DNA of 64,000 bases from assembly GCA_963693365.1 (NCBI GenBank), contig CAVNZM010000003.1, forward strand, positions 14,677,143 through 14,741,142, written 5' to 3'. Below are positions 63,104 through 64,000 of the stretch, piece after piece. The position numbers and the translations under genes were made by a program. The notes below the pieces were generated by a model. It did not search any database. It saw only the letters and a list, made by a program, of their open reading frames with translations, and was not told the origin of the DNA. Origin of the DNA: Amoebidium appalachense. Its lineage: Eukaryota; Protista; Ichthyosporea. Every line of letters begins with the position of its first letter. Position 1 is the stretch's first letter.

Positions 63104-63952
63104 AAGGGGGGGATACATTTTATTTTTCTCGTCCTTCCTTTCCAATTATGATCTTTTCTTTTTCCTCCTTCACCCTCCCGTCCACTCTTCTCGTCTCTTG
63201 GCCTTCTCTCTTCCTCTCTTTTTCTTTCTATCTTTTTTTTTCCTTTTTTTTTCTTCTTTTTTTTGGGGGGGGGCGGAAGGGGGGGGGGGGGGGGGGGGGG
63301 GGGTTTCGGTCGTGTGTGATAAAACCTGCGGGGGTAAACAATAGGTTGATGCGCTGGCGGAGTGTCTATGTGTTGACAGCACCGAGCAGAAGGCGCCCCA
63401 GGGTGGGGTGCGGGGGGGGGGGGGGGGGGGGGGGGGGGGTACCTTCTGTTGATAGACCAACTTCTCTCCAACTGTAACCTGCGTGCAAAATGGAATGAGG
63501 AGCCAGTCAGGACGGAAGGAGAGGGGGAAGGGCCGGGGGGAAGGAGGGGGGGGGGGGGGGGGGATTGTCAATACACCAACGAGCAGTGTGTGTTGCATAG
63601 TGGTGTGAAGACAGTGCACGGTGCCATGGCGATATGCCAAGAGTGCCTGGTAACATGCAAATAGTACATGATGATATGGAGGAGATATGGATATAGCCCC
63701 AGGCTTCATGCAAACAGTACATACACTACTCAAACAGTCTGGTGTATCTCTTGCCATGCAACCACAGGTCCCCCCCCCCCCCCCAAAAAAAAAAAAAAAG
63801 AACGAGAGAGAAAGAAAGAAAGAAAGAAAAGAGACAAGTGCACCTTGAATGTAGGCCTGAACTTGATCTCGCCCTCAGTAAACCCACTAAAGACCCTTCC
63901 AGCCGCCATCTCCTGTTGCAGTTCGTCGCACTTTAACATTGCTGCTAGCTCC
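56723..63952 (-). CDS. Inositol polyphosphate 5-phosphatase, 3' part (5' end beyond window), with C-terminal C2-like region; exons 63952-63844, 63478-63443, 62755-62616, 61610-~61511, 60846-60735, 60234-60152, 59033-58950, 58194-58066, 57028-56723
   Basis: Catalytic motifs DELQQEM..GRVFSGFTEGEIKFRPTFK and RIPAYCDRVVW...SDHKPVFASF. Downstream exons chain in phase to the stop at 56723. IPDLIYLQSRHVEV resembles the post-catalytic C2 region of SHIP-type enzymes (inference). Confidence 0.88.
57112..57352 (-). mobile_element. Intronic structured repeat element, full-length copy B
   Basis: Near-identical to copy A. Lies in the last intron of the 5-phosphatase, sense. Confidence 0.85.
58244..58436 (-). 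repeat. Intronic element, diverged copy E
   Basis: tttgaatgtg...acataaagagtgcatcataagcagcgcccattctcggg...cacagtacccgagcttcgacc. Lies in a 5-phosphatase intron, sense. Confidence 0.75.
59029..59110. repeat. 41-bp tandem duplication spanning a 3' splice site
   Basis: agctcctgtggg.cca.aaatag.tcatgagcgctatt.tt occurs twice. Confidence 0.9.
59516..59791 (-). mobile_element. Intronic structured element, diverged full-length copy D
   Basis: Conserved ends (ataagcagagcccatcctcaggg; cccgtcttgatca.agacgagcagggttgcttatgc) flank a rewritten central arm that still pairs. Confidence 0.8.
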
Positions 63953-64000
63953 CTGAAAAAACGGAGAGTAAGCTTAGAGAAACAACTGCCTCTTCCACTT

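Overview
Intron-rich eukaryotic genomic DNA, saturated with poly-G/poly-C runs and (CA/TG)n and (GA/CT)n microsatellites. A unicellular eukaryote, possibly a holozoan/ichthyosporean-type protist, is my inference and cannot be proven from the window. Most ORF-track entries are low-complexity artefacts. Reading splice sites by hand gives these genes: an intronless alkaline ceramidase (-); an intronless type I membrane protein with a tandem NPxF/NPxY tail (-); a large protein with seven CxH-x6-CxxC repeats that probably splices into a bacterial-type DinB domain whose His triad is substituted (+); two tandem secreted heme peroxidases (+); an 8-exon exosome subunit RRP41/EXOSC4 (-); a MYND zinc-finger protein (-); and the 3' part of an inositol polyphosphate 5-phosphatase (-). 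The most unusual signal is a ~240-nt dispersed element with at least 8 recognisable copies. Every copy lies inside a predicted intron and on the host gene's sense strand. Its core folds into a branched structure with strand-specific G·U pairs, and helix-preserving substitutions are visible between copies. It is a candidate undescribed mobile or functional intronic structured RNA. Many 3' splice sites also use (CA)n or poly-C in place of a U-rich polypyrimidine tract.
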